From the NCBI GenBank assembly GCA_040220235.1, contig JAVJTO010000157.1: 64,000 nucleotides of DNA. One strand, given 5' to 3'. This document shows, piece by piece, positions 10,292 to 19,150 of the stretch. The notes beneath the pieces were generated by a model. The model made no database searches. It had not been told where the DNA came from and was given only the letters and a program-made list of their open reading frames with translations. The DNA comes from Coleofasciculus sp. B1-GNL1-01. GTDB taxonomy: Bacteria > Cyanobacteriota > Cyanobacteriia > Cyanobacteriales > Coleofasciculaceae. Numbering within the stretch: the stretch's first letter is position 1; each line of letters begins with the position of its first letter. A program made the translations under genes and the position numbers.

Positions 10292-10490
10292 AGTCAGGGC
10301 GGGTTTTGTACTAAAGTTACTATCAATAGCCGACAGAAAGTCCCTAAACCCGCCCCTACAAACCGGGTTTTGTACTAAAGTTACTATCAATAGCCGACAG
10401 AAAGTCCCTAAACCCGCCCCTACAAACCGGGTTTTGTACAAACGTTACCATCAATAGCTGACAGAAAGTCCCTAAACCCGCCCCTACAAA
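10292..10490. repeat. three tandem 64-bp copies of a GTAG-type REP/REPIN unit
   Basis: Units start at 10300, 10364 and 10428: CGGGTTTTG...AAACCCGCCCCTACAAA. Confidence 0.9.
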
Positions 10491-10532
10491 GTCGGTTGTC
10501 TTGAGCGAAGTGAAGGGACACCCAATCCCCAA

Positions 10533-11312
10533 TTAAAACTCGCGTCGAGAGAAAATCAGAATCGCGATCGCAAGCAGCAAGATCGTGTAGAGTATGGCAT
10601 AAATGGCATGTTCTAAAAGCTTTACAGAGGAAGGAAGCAAGCCATAGACTGCCTCATTTTTCAAATTTAGACGGGATAAATCGGGTAAGATTAGGTAAAG
10701 ACCTTGGGTTATCGTCTCAATCGTCGCATTTTCGCTGAGTTTGCCTAACTCCTGTACATCGCGACTCAAATGTCCCATTAAATAAATGCCGAAGGTTAGG
10801 AGCGTGGCGAGGATTGAGCTAGTAAACACACCAAACATCAGTGCTACGGCGACAATTAGGCTTAACTCTAAAAACTGATAAAGCTCTGAAATCAGTAGGC
10901 TAGCTAAGGGGTAATTAATGCCATTGAAACTGAGGAGAGCTAAGTAAATAGCTGTCATGGCGATAACTAAAACCGCTAGGACTCCCAGTAATCCTAAATG
11001 CTTGCCAATAATTAATTCTGCTCGTGAGATAGGTTTGGGAATTAAAACCAACACAGTGCGTTTTTCGATTTCCTTATTAATCAAACCTGTCCCAACAAAT
11101 ATGGCAACCAGGACTCCCAACACACCAATCGCCGCTAGACCTAAATCCATAAATATTTTATCTTCTGTGGTGGCTGCTACTTCCCTCAGGAGTGGTAACG
11201 CAACCACCAACAGCAGGGCAAAAAAGCCAATCACATAAAAGATGCGATCGCGAATGACTTCCTGAAACCCATTTGTTGCTATTGTCCAAATTCTACCTAA
11301 AGTTTTCGTCAT
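10533..11312 (-). CDS. fraE: ABC-2 type permease-like protein FraE
   Basis: Multi-TM, EIEKRTVLVLIPKPISR, C-terminal FSRREF; third gene of the fraC-fraD cluster. Confidence 0.8.
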   Translation of the reverse strand: MTKTLGRIWTIATNGFQEVIRDRIFYVIGFFALLLVVALPLLREVAATTEDKIFMDLGLAAIGVLGVLVAIFVGTGLINKEIEKRTVLVLIPKPISRAELIIGKHLGLLGVLAVLVIAMTAIYLALLSFNGINYPLASLLISELYQFLELSLIVAVALMFGVFTSSILATLLTFGIYLMGHLSRDVQELGKLSENATIETITQGLYLILPDLSRLNLKNEAVYGLLPSSVKLLEHAIYAILYTILLLAIAILIFSRREF

Positions 11313-11364
11313 TTCTCCTTGGTCTTATGTCCTTTGTGTTCTATCAATTCATTCGTTGGGTCGA

Positions 11365-11492
11365 TATAGCACTACGCACTCTAGTTAGGACAAATGAAGA
11401 AAAAATCAAATCACTCAATCCCTTGTAAGGTAAGCGTTTTTCTTCACTATTGCCTATTGCCCATTGCCCATTGCCCAGCGCGTGGCGCTATA
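11365..11492. mobile_element. MITE with internal heptamer repeats
   Basis: TIRs TATAGCACTACGC / GCGTGGCGCTATA (11 of 13 match); internal (ATTGCCC)n. Confidence 0.7.
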
Positions 11493-11494
11493 AT

Positions 11495-12526
11495 TCATAA
11501 ACTTGGTGCTTTAGAGGTAACAATCGGTTCAGCGACGCCCCATCCTTCTACCGGATCACATTCTATCTGACTGATGAGACTAATACCTGTATCAGTTTGA
11601 CGATTGACAGGTATTATCTGACAAGACTTAGTGAGTACGTTGGGTTTAATTTGCGATCGCGGACCTTGCCAAAGGGTATTTAGTTGAAAGTTATACCCCG
11701 ACTCCCGGAGCGAAATATCACCGAGACTCACGTCTTGCCACAAGTTGTCTTCTTTGATATCAGGAGAGGCAATTTCTTGCCTCACTTGGGCGTCAATCTG
11801 CTTAATTAGCTGAATCAGTTTTTGGCGTTCTCGAATTAGAAGAATTTGTTCGATATCTGACCACTCTTGGTTATTGAGCTGTTCTTCTAAGCGAGATGCT
11901 ACTAAATCTAAAATGGTAGTCCCACGGGGTAGCCTTTGTTTCGATTCATCGGTGGATAGTCTGACCACAAAGGCACTTTTTTCAAATGTATCAGACGCAA
12001 GTGTGGGATATTGAATTAACCAGTTTTGTACCAAAAAATAGAATTGAAACCAACTGCTTAGTATTAACTGACTTGTGAATAACCACACCAGCGGTTGACG
12101 TTTGTCTCTATCGGGTATTTTGGGTTGAAAATTCTCACCTAAACAAGTGGGCAATGCCGCAATTATTGCCGATATCAGGGGCCAGATCACTAAAGCGTAG
12201 GCTGGCAATTCGCCTGTAACAATGCCAACAATATAAATGGTAACCAACGCACCTGTAATCCAGGGACTTAAGAGGATTTTACCAATGCTGATGTCTTTAT
12301 TGCTAGTTGTTGCCCAATAGACACCTAAAATTAAAAACCACCAACTAAAACTCGCTAATAGAATTGTAAAAAGATTCGTCGCCAGAAACGACATTGCCCA
12401 CGAGAATACGCTTAACCCGATCAGGGTCTGCCAAGAGAAAGCTGTGTCCGGGTTAAAGATTTCAAAGATAGTTCTTAGGAGATTATTTACCCAATTTAAT
12501 ATATTGTTTAAAATTTTCCTAATCAT
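11495..12526 (-). CDS. fraD: septal junction protein FraD (DUF5357)
   Basis: FSWQTLI N-terminus, about 5 TM helices, WFQFYF, periplasmic domain with WQGP and two C-terminal Cys; directly downstream of fraC. Confidence 0.82.
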   Translation of the reverse strand: MIRKILNNILNWVNNLLRTIFEIFNPDTAFSWQTLIGLSVFSWAMSFLATNLFTILLASFSWWFLILGVYWATTSNKDISIGKILLSPWITGALVTIYIVGIVTGELPAYALVIWPLISAIIAALPTCLGENFQPKIPDRDKRQPLVWLFTSQLILSSWFQFYFLVQNWLIQYPTLASDTFEKSAFVVRLSTDESKQRLPRGTTILDLVASRLEEQLNNQEWSDIEQILLIRERQKLIQLIKQIDAQVRQEIASPDIKEDNLWQDVSLGDISLRESGYNFQLNTLWQGPRSQIKPNVLTKSCQIIPVNRQTDTGISLISQIECDPVEGWGVAEPIVTSKAPSL

Positions 12527-12618
12527 TGGTTTAATTTGAAGCTAAAGGTAAGAGAATTGGAGGTCGTTGTAACAGACTGAAAACTACTTAAATTCAGTAT
12601 TTATCGGTTGGGTATCGC

Positions 12619-13203
12619 TTAGAATAGAGTATTAAATCCAAGAATATTCAAGTCCATAAACCGTAAGACTAAAATCAGCAAGATAGCACTGTAGCTATAG
12701 GCATTAGCCAGTAGCAAAGTAAAAGCAGGATTGGGTTTAGGCTGGGTAATCTTCCGCTTGGGTTGCTTAAACAAGCTGGGTCTTTTGTTAGATATGTCGG
12801 AACTCATTTCAAACTGTTCTGGTTTATCATGAATCCATTGCTTTATCAGTTCAAAACCGATTATTTTAATAATAAAACTAAAAAAGAAAATCATGATACC
12901 AATCGAAATCAGTTGAGGATTTGGTGTATCTAATTGACTACCTAGGGGATGATCAAAGAAAATAAAGTTCACAATTTGAATTCGCAAAAATTGAGGCAAC
13001 AAAGTCTCTAGAACTAAAAATGTTAACCAACCTAGGACAACGCTCCACAAATTCAGCGAGGTAGCATATTGCACACTGGTTTTACGAGTAAGGTTTAGCC
13101 GTCGGTGCAAGACCCTAGCTTCTAGGGCGATCGCGACCAACAGGAATAAGATTTGAAAGAGAATCAGTTGGAGAGGTAAGACAATAGTTAGGTTATCTAC
13201 CAT
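12619..13203 (-). CDS. fraC: filament integrity protein FraC
   Basis: LPLQLILFQILFLLVAIALEA, YATSLNL, LLANAYSYSAI. Confidence 0.85.
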   Translation of the reverse strand: MVDNLTIVLPLQLILFQILFLLVAIALEARVLHRRLNLTRKTSVQYATSLNLWSVVLGWLTFLVLETLLPQFLRIQIVNFIFFDHPLGSQLDTPNPQLISIGIMIFFFSFIIKIIGFELIKQWIHDKPEQFEMSSDISNKRPSLFKQPKRKITQPKPNPAFTLLLANAYSYSAILLILVLRFMDLNILGFNTLF

Positions 13204-13447
13204 AATGGTTTCCGTTTAATCGATGGTATCAGTTCCTCGTTCGTCATACTCGCTTTCGTTAGCGACGATCAATGTTACATCCTGGGAACCTCTGACATTC
13301 AGCCTTATTCCTCCTAACGACGACGGGGATAACTGTCTGGCTTGTTTATACTATATTAGATTGGCAGGGATAAGAGGATAAATATTATTCTTACCATTCC
13401 CGGTTATATCGCTAAACTGAGTTGGGGTAAAGTCTTAAGGATCGTCC

Positions 13448-14581
13448 ATGACCAGAACAGGTATTGGTATTCGCACGGCGGCTGAGCGTACAGAACGGAT
13501 CACGGGTCAGATTCATGTTTACGATGGCATCGGTAAGGGGAAGTCTCAAGCCGCATTGGGCGTGGTTTTGCGCTCAATTGGTTTGGGAATCAACTGTGCG
13601 GAATCCAGTCGGGTCTTATTGTTACAGTTTCTTAAGGGACCGGGACGGAACTATGATGAGGATGCGGCGATTGAGGCGTTGCGACGGGCGTTTCCTCACT
13701 TGATTGATCAGGTTCGCACGGGACGAAGTGAGTTTTTTACCCAAGAGGAAGTGACGCGGTTTGACACGTTAGAGGCGCAGCGCGGTTGGGATGTGGCGAA
13801 AGGGGCGATCGCGTCCAATCTCTATTCGGTTGTGGTGCTGGATGAGTTGAATCCGTTGCTGGATTTGGGATTACTCCCGGTTGAGGAGGTGGTGCAAACC
13901 CTGAAAAATAAACCGCCGTCTCTGGAAGTGATTGTCACGGGACGCGGAACACCGCCAGCGCTGTTGGATTTGGCGGATTTACATAGTGAGTCGGTTCCTC
14001 ATGATCATCCGGTTTCTCGGGAACAGGGGATTGAGGGAATTGAAATTTATACGGGTGCGGGGAAAGGAAAATCAACTAATGCGTTAGGGAAGGCGTTACA
14101 AGCCATTGGTCGGGGAATTAGTACGGATAAATCCCACCGGGTAATGATTATGCAGTGGCTGAAGGGAGGAAGCGGATATACCGAAGACGCCGCGATCGCA
14201 GCCTTGCGTCAAAGTTACCCGAATCTGGTGGATCATCAGCGTTGTGGTCGAGATGCGATCGTTTGGCGGGGACAGCAGCAGATTTTGGATTATGTGGAAG
14301 CGGAACGGGGATGGGAAATTGCGAGGGCGGCGTTAGCGTCAGGGTTGTATAAAACAATTATTCTGGATGAACTGAATCCGACGGTTGACTTGGAACTGTT
14401 GCAGGTTGAACCGATTGTCGAGGCGCTGTTACGTAAACCTCGTGACACGGAGGTTATTATTACAGGTCGTTGTAAAAATCAACCTGCTTATTTTGAATTG
14501 GCGACGGTTCATTCGGAGATGATTTGTCACAAGCATTATTGTGACAAAGGGGTGGATTTGAAGCGAGGGGTGGATTTTTAA
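13448..14581 (+). CDS. cobO: cob(I)yrinic acid a,c-diamide adenosyltransferase (duplicated-domain cyanobacterial CobO/BtuR)
   Basis: Two copies of YxGxGKGKS, QF/WLKG, LDELN and TGR; ends GVDF. Confidence 0.92.
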   Translation: MTRTGIGIRTAAERTERITGQIHVYDGIGKGKSQAALGVVLRSIGLGINCAESSRVLLLQFLKGPGRNYDEDAAIEALRRAFPHLIDQVRTGRSEFFTQEEVTRFDTLEAQRGWDVAKGAIASNLYSVVVLDELNPLLDLGLLPVEEVVQTLKNKPPSLEVIVTGRGTPPALLDLADLHSESVPHDHPVSREQGIEGIEIYTGAGKGKSTNALGKALQAIGRGISTDKSHRVMIMQWLKGGSGYTEDAAIAALRQSYPNLVDHQRCGRDAIVWRGQQQILDYVEAERGWEIARAALASGLYKTIILDELNPTVDLELLQVEPIVEALLRKPRDTEVIITGRCKNQPAYFELATVHSEMICHKHYCDKGVDLKRGVDF

Positions 14582-14679
14582 GGTATTTGTCATTCGTCAT
14601 ACTCAAGGGAACGCCAAGCAAGTTATGTCCTTTGTCAGGGAACAGTTTTTCTATTTGCCTCTATCCTTTATATAACAAG

Positions 14680-15200
14680 CATTACAGCCGATAATCTTCA
14701 AAGGAGCGATCGCGGTTTTGAACGCCTAAAGATAGACTCAAGTCTGAATCCGAGTTCCTGCTTAGGTTTGAGTGCGATTCTACCTCACGAGTGATGGTTT
14801 CCCCGGTTCTGTATTGATACATTAGTAATAGCAAAGGAAAACGGCACTGGATGGAGGTTGTTCCGCTGTGATCCATTGTCGGACATCGAAGGAGAGCGAC
14901 GTCAGATGTCTGGACAGTGTCGGATAAGCGATAGCTGAGGCGGTTGTGGAGTTTTTGTCGCTTCCTCCACTTCGTCACTACCAATGGGGGACGAAACTCC
15001 CCATCAGAGCGGTCAAAGGTAGTGAACGCCTAGAGTCGTGGCTTATAACAAATCGATATATCACTCAAACCGTCTGGGCTGATGTCCGAGGCGGTTTGTG
15101 TTATGAGTTTGGCATCACTCTGTTCTACAGCACTTTCTAACACCGTGTAGTACAGCAATCATCAGATAGCTTTGCTCTACTCTTGTTTAGCTGTATCACA
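14680..15200 (+). ncRNA. candidate large structured non-coding RNA (unclassified)
   Basis: At least six consecutive stems, several dependent on G.U pairs on the + strand; no credible CDS. Confidence 0.4.
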
Positions 15201-15235
15201 TGGAGTCTGAAAACGCTATAATCAACGTTGTAGAC

Positions 15236-15268
15236 AGATCCCCAACTTCTCCAAGAAGTCGGGGATCT
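15236..15268. repeat. 33-bp palindromic REP-like element
   Basis: AGATCCCCAACTTCT-CCA-AGAAGTCGGGGATCT. Confidence 0.85.
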
Positions 15269-15373
15269 TGCTTAGAGACTGTACCTCATCCGCTCAGAAT
15301 AGCCAATCTGTTTCACCCCGGCAGCAATCGTCTCTATTGCTTGCACCACAATCATTAGAGCCGATAACCTCAA

Positions 15374-15492
15374 GCTGTTCGGCATTTAAACCTTAATATC
15401 AATAACGGCGAAAGCCTTGTAGTGCGTTTAGCGAAGCCATGCCGAAGGCTTTAGCGAAGCCATGCCGCAGGCTTTGCATCTTGCTCGCTACT
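15374..15492. mobile_element. partial MITE (family of 46979-47105) with a nested duplicated REP
   Basis: AAGCTGTTCGGCATTTAAACC end matches the reverse complement of the 47105 end; (TTTAGCGAAGCCATGCCG.AGGC)x2 inside. Confidence 0.7.
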
Positions 15493-15497
15493 AATAC

Positions 15498-17528
15498 TTA
15501 ACCCTCTTTTTGCTGCAAAAATTCCTGCAAATCCCTCTGCACCTGCTGATATAATTGCGGCGACTCACCCTTTAACCCAATTAAACTATATAACTTTACC
15601 GTCCCCGCCCGTCCTCTTACCTCTTCTTCCCCTACCGACACCACCTCAACCTCATCTTTGACAACTTGATACAGAGAATCGGTAATCAAAATATCTGTGC
15701 CAAATTTCTTCGTTAACCCCTCTACCCGACTCGCTACATTCACCGCATCACCAATCACCGCATATTCTCGACGACGCTGAGAACCAATATCCCCAGCAAT
15801 TAACTCCCCATAATTAATCCCAATCCCATTAAATAACGGAATTCGTTCTTCCTGACGCCATTCCTCACGTAGCTGATGCAAGGCTTTTCGCATCCCTAAT
15901 GCCGCACGAATGGCATTCATCGCATCGGTTTCTTCCCCTTCAGATACCGGACAACCAAACTCAGCCATTACCGCATCGCCAATAAATTTATCCACAGTAC
16001 CGCCAGCATCTAAAATCACCTCAACCATGTCATTGAGATATCGATTCAGTTGTCGCACTAATCGGACAGGTGAAATTTGGGAGGATAGGGTGGTAAAGCC
16101 GCGAATGTCGGAGAATAAAATAGCGGCTTTTAATTTACGTCCTTTTAGTAATTCCTGATAATCATCGTGTTGCTTGAGAATTTCTTGAACGACAGGTGCG
16201 GCGACATACCGTTCTAAGGTACTGCGGAAGCGGCGTTTTTCAATTTGATCCCCAATGAAAAGTGCTGTAAAGTAGGAAAAACTATTTAGGGTCATCGCGA
16301 TCGCAGGAACGGCAATGGGGAAAATCAGTCTGGCGCTGCTATAGCCTAAAAATGCTAGTCCTACCCAAACCACTGCCATCCCCAATCCCCAAAACAAGCT
16401 TGCCGCAGTACGTCGGGGGAGTTTATACAACAGGATAGCGGTTCCCCCAACCAAGACAAACACAAACAATCCCTCTAGCCACGGATTGGGGATGGCGATA
16501 GCGATTGAACGTCCTTCCATTAAGGTGGCGATCGCGTTAGCATGAAGTTCCACCCCTGGCATATTGAATTGGATAGGTGTCGGCACAAAATCACCGATAT
16601 TTTGCTCATCGGCTGTTGTGCCAATCAAGACAATTTTGTCTTTAAAGGTTTCTTCTCGTAAATGCACGTCCCATATATCTGATGCCAGAACCTGCCAAAA
16701 TGGAATCGTGGTAAAAACACCTTGATTCTGAGTTGGTGTTCCGTAGAAGAAAACCTGACTCCCTTTTGGGGGTGGATAGCTAACATTTGCCACGTCTAAG
16801 GTAGCTTTAGCAAATGAAGGAATCCTTTCTAATCCCAACGGTTGCAGAATTTCCCGGCTGTATTCATTCCCCAGCCGATACACATTCCCATCCACCTCTG
16901 GGGGTAAAAAGTTGACTAAACCCAGTTGCGCCGAATCTGGATAAAGTTCGGGTAACGGCTTATACAACTCATACGTCGTAAACCCTTGGGGATCAATGGT
17001 ATCTTCGTAGACAGCCGCTAGCACAATGCGATCGCTATAGTTAGTTAATGCTTGTTTAAACGGCTGATCATCTTCAGCACCATACCCACTGGGAAGATCA
17101 AATAGTAAATCAAAGGATACTGACTTAGCACCCGCCGCCATTAACCGTTCAAGCACCTCAGCATAAGCGGTTCGCTTCCAGGGAAACGGTGGTGTTAGCA
17201 ACTCCACAACCAAGGCTTTATTCGGATCAACGGGATTGCTGTAGCGTTCTGATGCCGTTAATGATTGATCATCAATCGCTAAAATTACAATATCATCAGG
17301 CGGTACAACGGGTCCACGTAATTCAATGAACCACTTTTGGCTTTGCCGTTCAGCTAGCTGTATAAGTGTTCCCTGCCAAACCGTTACTCCAGCACCGACA
17401 ATCGCCCAGCATCCCATTAGCATCAAACCAATTCGTTCGGGACGCCAAAACGGTTGGGAGTGACTCCGGCGACGCCGTCGGATGCGTTTTCGTCGTTGTT
17501 TTTCCAGCCATTGCCACCAGTGATTCAT
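15498..17528 (-). CDS. CHASE2-domain class III adenylate cyclase
   Basis: IVILAID, PFPWKR, MPGVELHA (CHASE2), 3 TM, FSDIRGFT, DKFIGDAVMA, IGDAVNVASRVEG. Confidence 0.94.
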   Translation of the reverse strand: MNHWWQWLEKQRRKRIRRRRRSHSQPFWRPERIGLMLMGCWAIVGAGVTVWQGTLIQLAERQSQKWFIELRGPVVPPDDIVILAIDDQSLTASERYSNPVDPNKALVVELLTPPFPWKRTAYAEVLERLMAAGAKSVSFDLLFDLPSGYGAEDDQPFKQALTNYSDRIVLAAVYEDTIDPQGFTTYELYKPLPELYPDSAQLGLVNFLPPEVDGNVYRLGNEYSREILQPLGLERIPSFAKATLDVANVSYPPPKGSQVFFYGTPTQNQGVFTTIPFWQVLASDIWDVHLREETFKDKIVLIGTTADEQNIGDFVPTPIQFNMPGVELHANAIATLMEGRSIAIAIPNPWLEGLFVFVLVGGTAILLYKLPRRTAASLFWGLGMAVVWVGLAFLGYSSARLIFPIAVPAIAMTLNSFSYFTALFIGDQIEKRRFRSTLERYVAAPVVQEILKQHDDYQELLKGRKLKAAILFSDIRGFTTLSSQISPVRLVRQLNRYLNDMVEVILDAGGTVDKFIGDAVMAEFGCPVSEGEETDAMNAIRAALGMRKALHQLREEWRQEERIPLFNGIGINYGELIAGDIGSQRRREYAVIGDAVNVASRVEGLTKKFGTDILITDSLYQVVKDEVEVVSVGEEEVRGRAGTVKLYSLIGLKGESPQLYQQVQRDLQEFLQQKEG

Positions 17529-17545
17529 TGCCCTGACTCCAACGA

Positions 17546-18376
17546 TTAAAAGGGATTGGGAATTGACGGCACATTGTCTCTCAATACATCGGGAATCTCT
17601 ATTTGCGGAAACTGCTCATTCAAAACTTCTTCAAGTTTATCAATTCCTGGAATTGCAATATCAAATCCTTCAAACAACGCCCCGGTGACAATTTCTTCAA
17701 TTTCCGCTTTTGACAGGTCGATTATCGTCCCTAACACCCCCTCCGGACTAATATTAATCCCTTGACCTTGACGTAACAAAACGGGCTGAGGGTTCCACAA
17801 ATTATACCGTTCGCTCAAGGCAACTTCGCCCTGTAAAACCTTCACTTGTGCTTGTTCATTTTCATCAACTTCCATCAAATAAACCGTTCCCCGCGTCACA
17901 GCAGTAATCGAACCGACACATCCTTGCGCCCCCGAAACCACACTTCTACCACTTCGTAGCCGCACACAGCGACTCCCCACCGTGAGTGCCGAATTTTGTC
18001 CAAGTCGCACCCCCGCATTGTTATTAAACAGCAAATTTACCCGTGCTTGTTTGGTACTCACTGTTTGTCCTAATGTAGCAACCGCATTAACTTTAGCGGG
18101 TTTGTTTTGGATATACGCTTGATTTCCCCCTAAAATTTCTACAATTTTGGCTTGACTAATTCGTTGCGCTGATGCTGGCGGATTGTGCCATCCCAATGCC
18201 ATCACGATTAACAAACCACTGATAAAACTGACTAAAGATTGCCACCTCAATCTTCTCCCTGGCATCAACGTCTTAGTTGGTTCACCGTGATTCCCTGCTA
18301 ATTTTACTCTCTGGGTTAAACTGAGAATCTGTTTCTTGAAATTAACCCAACTTCTCAGCCTAAGTTTATCGTTCAT
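17546..18376 (-). CDS. FecR-domain secreted protein
   Basis: Signal-like segment, VRLGQNS, AVTRGT, VKVLQGEV; directly upstream of the CHASE2 cyclase. Confidence 0.78.
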   Translation of the reverse strand: MNDKLRLRSWVNFKKQILSLTQRVKLAGNHGEPTKTLMPGRRLRWQSLVSFISGLLIVMALGWHNPPASAQRISQAKIVEILGGNQAYIQNKPAKVNAVATLGQTVSTKQARVNLLFNNNAGVRLGQNSALTVGSRCVRLRSGRSVVSGAQGCVGSITAVTRGTVYLMEVDENEQAQVKVLQGEVALSERYNLWNPQPVLLRQGQGINISPEGVLGTIIDLSKAEIEEIVTGALFEGFDIAIPGIDKLEEVLNEQFPQIEIPDVLRDNVPSIPNPF

Positions 18377-18464
18377 AGACGCTGATTAACGTTAAATTTT
18401 TGTCCGAACTCTATGATATCAAAGACTTAGACCAATCAAAGGCTTACCAATGACATAAGACCAA

Positions 18465-18953
18465 TTAGGTTTCCGACGTTTCATTCGCCACCCCTTGCAC
18501 CACTAAAACGGAACAAGGAACATGGTGAACAACATGATTACTGACACTGCCTAAAAGCACTTCAGTTAAACCCCGACGACCTCGACGACCAATAACCACT
18601 AAATCAGCATCCCAACTGTTCACCAAGTCTCGAATTGCACTCCCAGCGTCTCCAATTTTGCAGGTCCATTCTGTTGCCACGCCTTCATCTGTTGCCTTCT
18701 GGCAATAGCCAGCCAGCCATTTTTGAGTTTCATCGGTTTCCTTTTTTAACTTTTCTTGCATACGACGGGAGAAGTCAACCAATTCTCTGCCAAACATATC
18801 TCCATAAAAACCTACACCTTGGTTTTCTACAGGCAAGCAATGAAAGAGCATCAATGCTGCATTTTCTTGTTTAGCTAGATCGACGGCTTGGGTAAAGATT
18901 CCCTCAGTTTGAGGGGAATTATCAAGGGCGACTAATATTCTTTTATAGGTCAT
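18465..18953 (-). CDS. universal stress protein
   Basis: YKRILVALD, DLVVIGRRGRRG, LLGSVSNHVVHHVPCSVLVV. Confidence 0.95.
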   Translation of the reverse strand: MTYKRILVALDNSPQTEGIFTQAVDLAKQENAALMLFHCLPVENQGVGFYGDMFGRELVDFSRRMQEKLKKETDETQKWLAGYCQKATDEGVATEWTCKIGDAGSAIRDLVNSWDADLVVIGRRGRRGLTEVLLGSVSNHVVHHVPCSVLVVQGVANETSET

Positions 18954-19061
18954 CAGTGTTATCTCCTAATTTTTAAGAAACAGTTGTAAGTGTTGATTGT
19001 TTATCCTTGGCTTCGCTAGTTTGACATAGTTTTGACCCTTGGCTTCGTTCATGGAACCTAA

Positions 19062-19132
19062 TTTGTAGGGGCGGGTTTAGGGATTTTCGTTTCGCTGTTG
19101 ATGACAACGTTTATTCAAAACCCGCCCTGACT
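19062..19132. repeat. GTAG-type REP/REPIN unit (family of 10292-10490)
   Basis: GTAGGGGCGGGTTT...AAACCCGCCCTGACT. Confidence 0.85.
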
Positions 19133-19150
19133 CCACCTAGAACCAAGCGC

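Noticed and set aside
10251..10457. 68-aa ORF
   Set aside because: Translation of 9-mer and REP repeats
10292..10490. CRISPR array
   Set aside because: Whole 64-bp units repeat, with no unique spacers; no cas genes; the unit is a dispersed REP family
13448..14581. Internal duplication of CobO as a novelty
   Set aside because: The two-domain form is usual in cyanobacteria
14770..14780. Group II intron 5' end (GTGCGATTC)
   Set aside because: No domain V/VI or reverse transcriptase recognised downstream
14682..15140. ORFs 14682..14984 (-) and 14946..15140 (+)
   Set aside because: No recognisable motifs, weak starts, mutually overlapping; kept only as an alternative to the RNA hypothesis
14582..15200. 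Cobalamin riboswitch near cobO
   Set aside because: Lies downstream of the gene and lacks the GGGAA, GCAACTGT and GCCACTG/B12-box motifs
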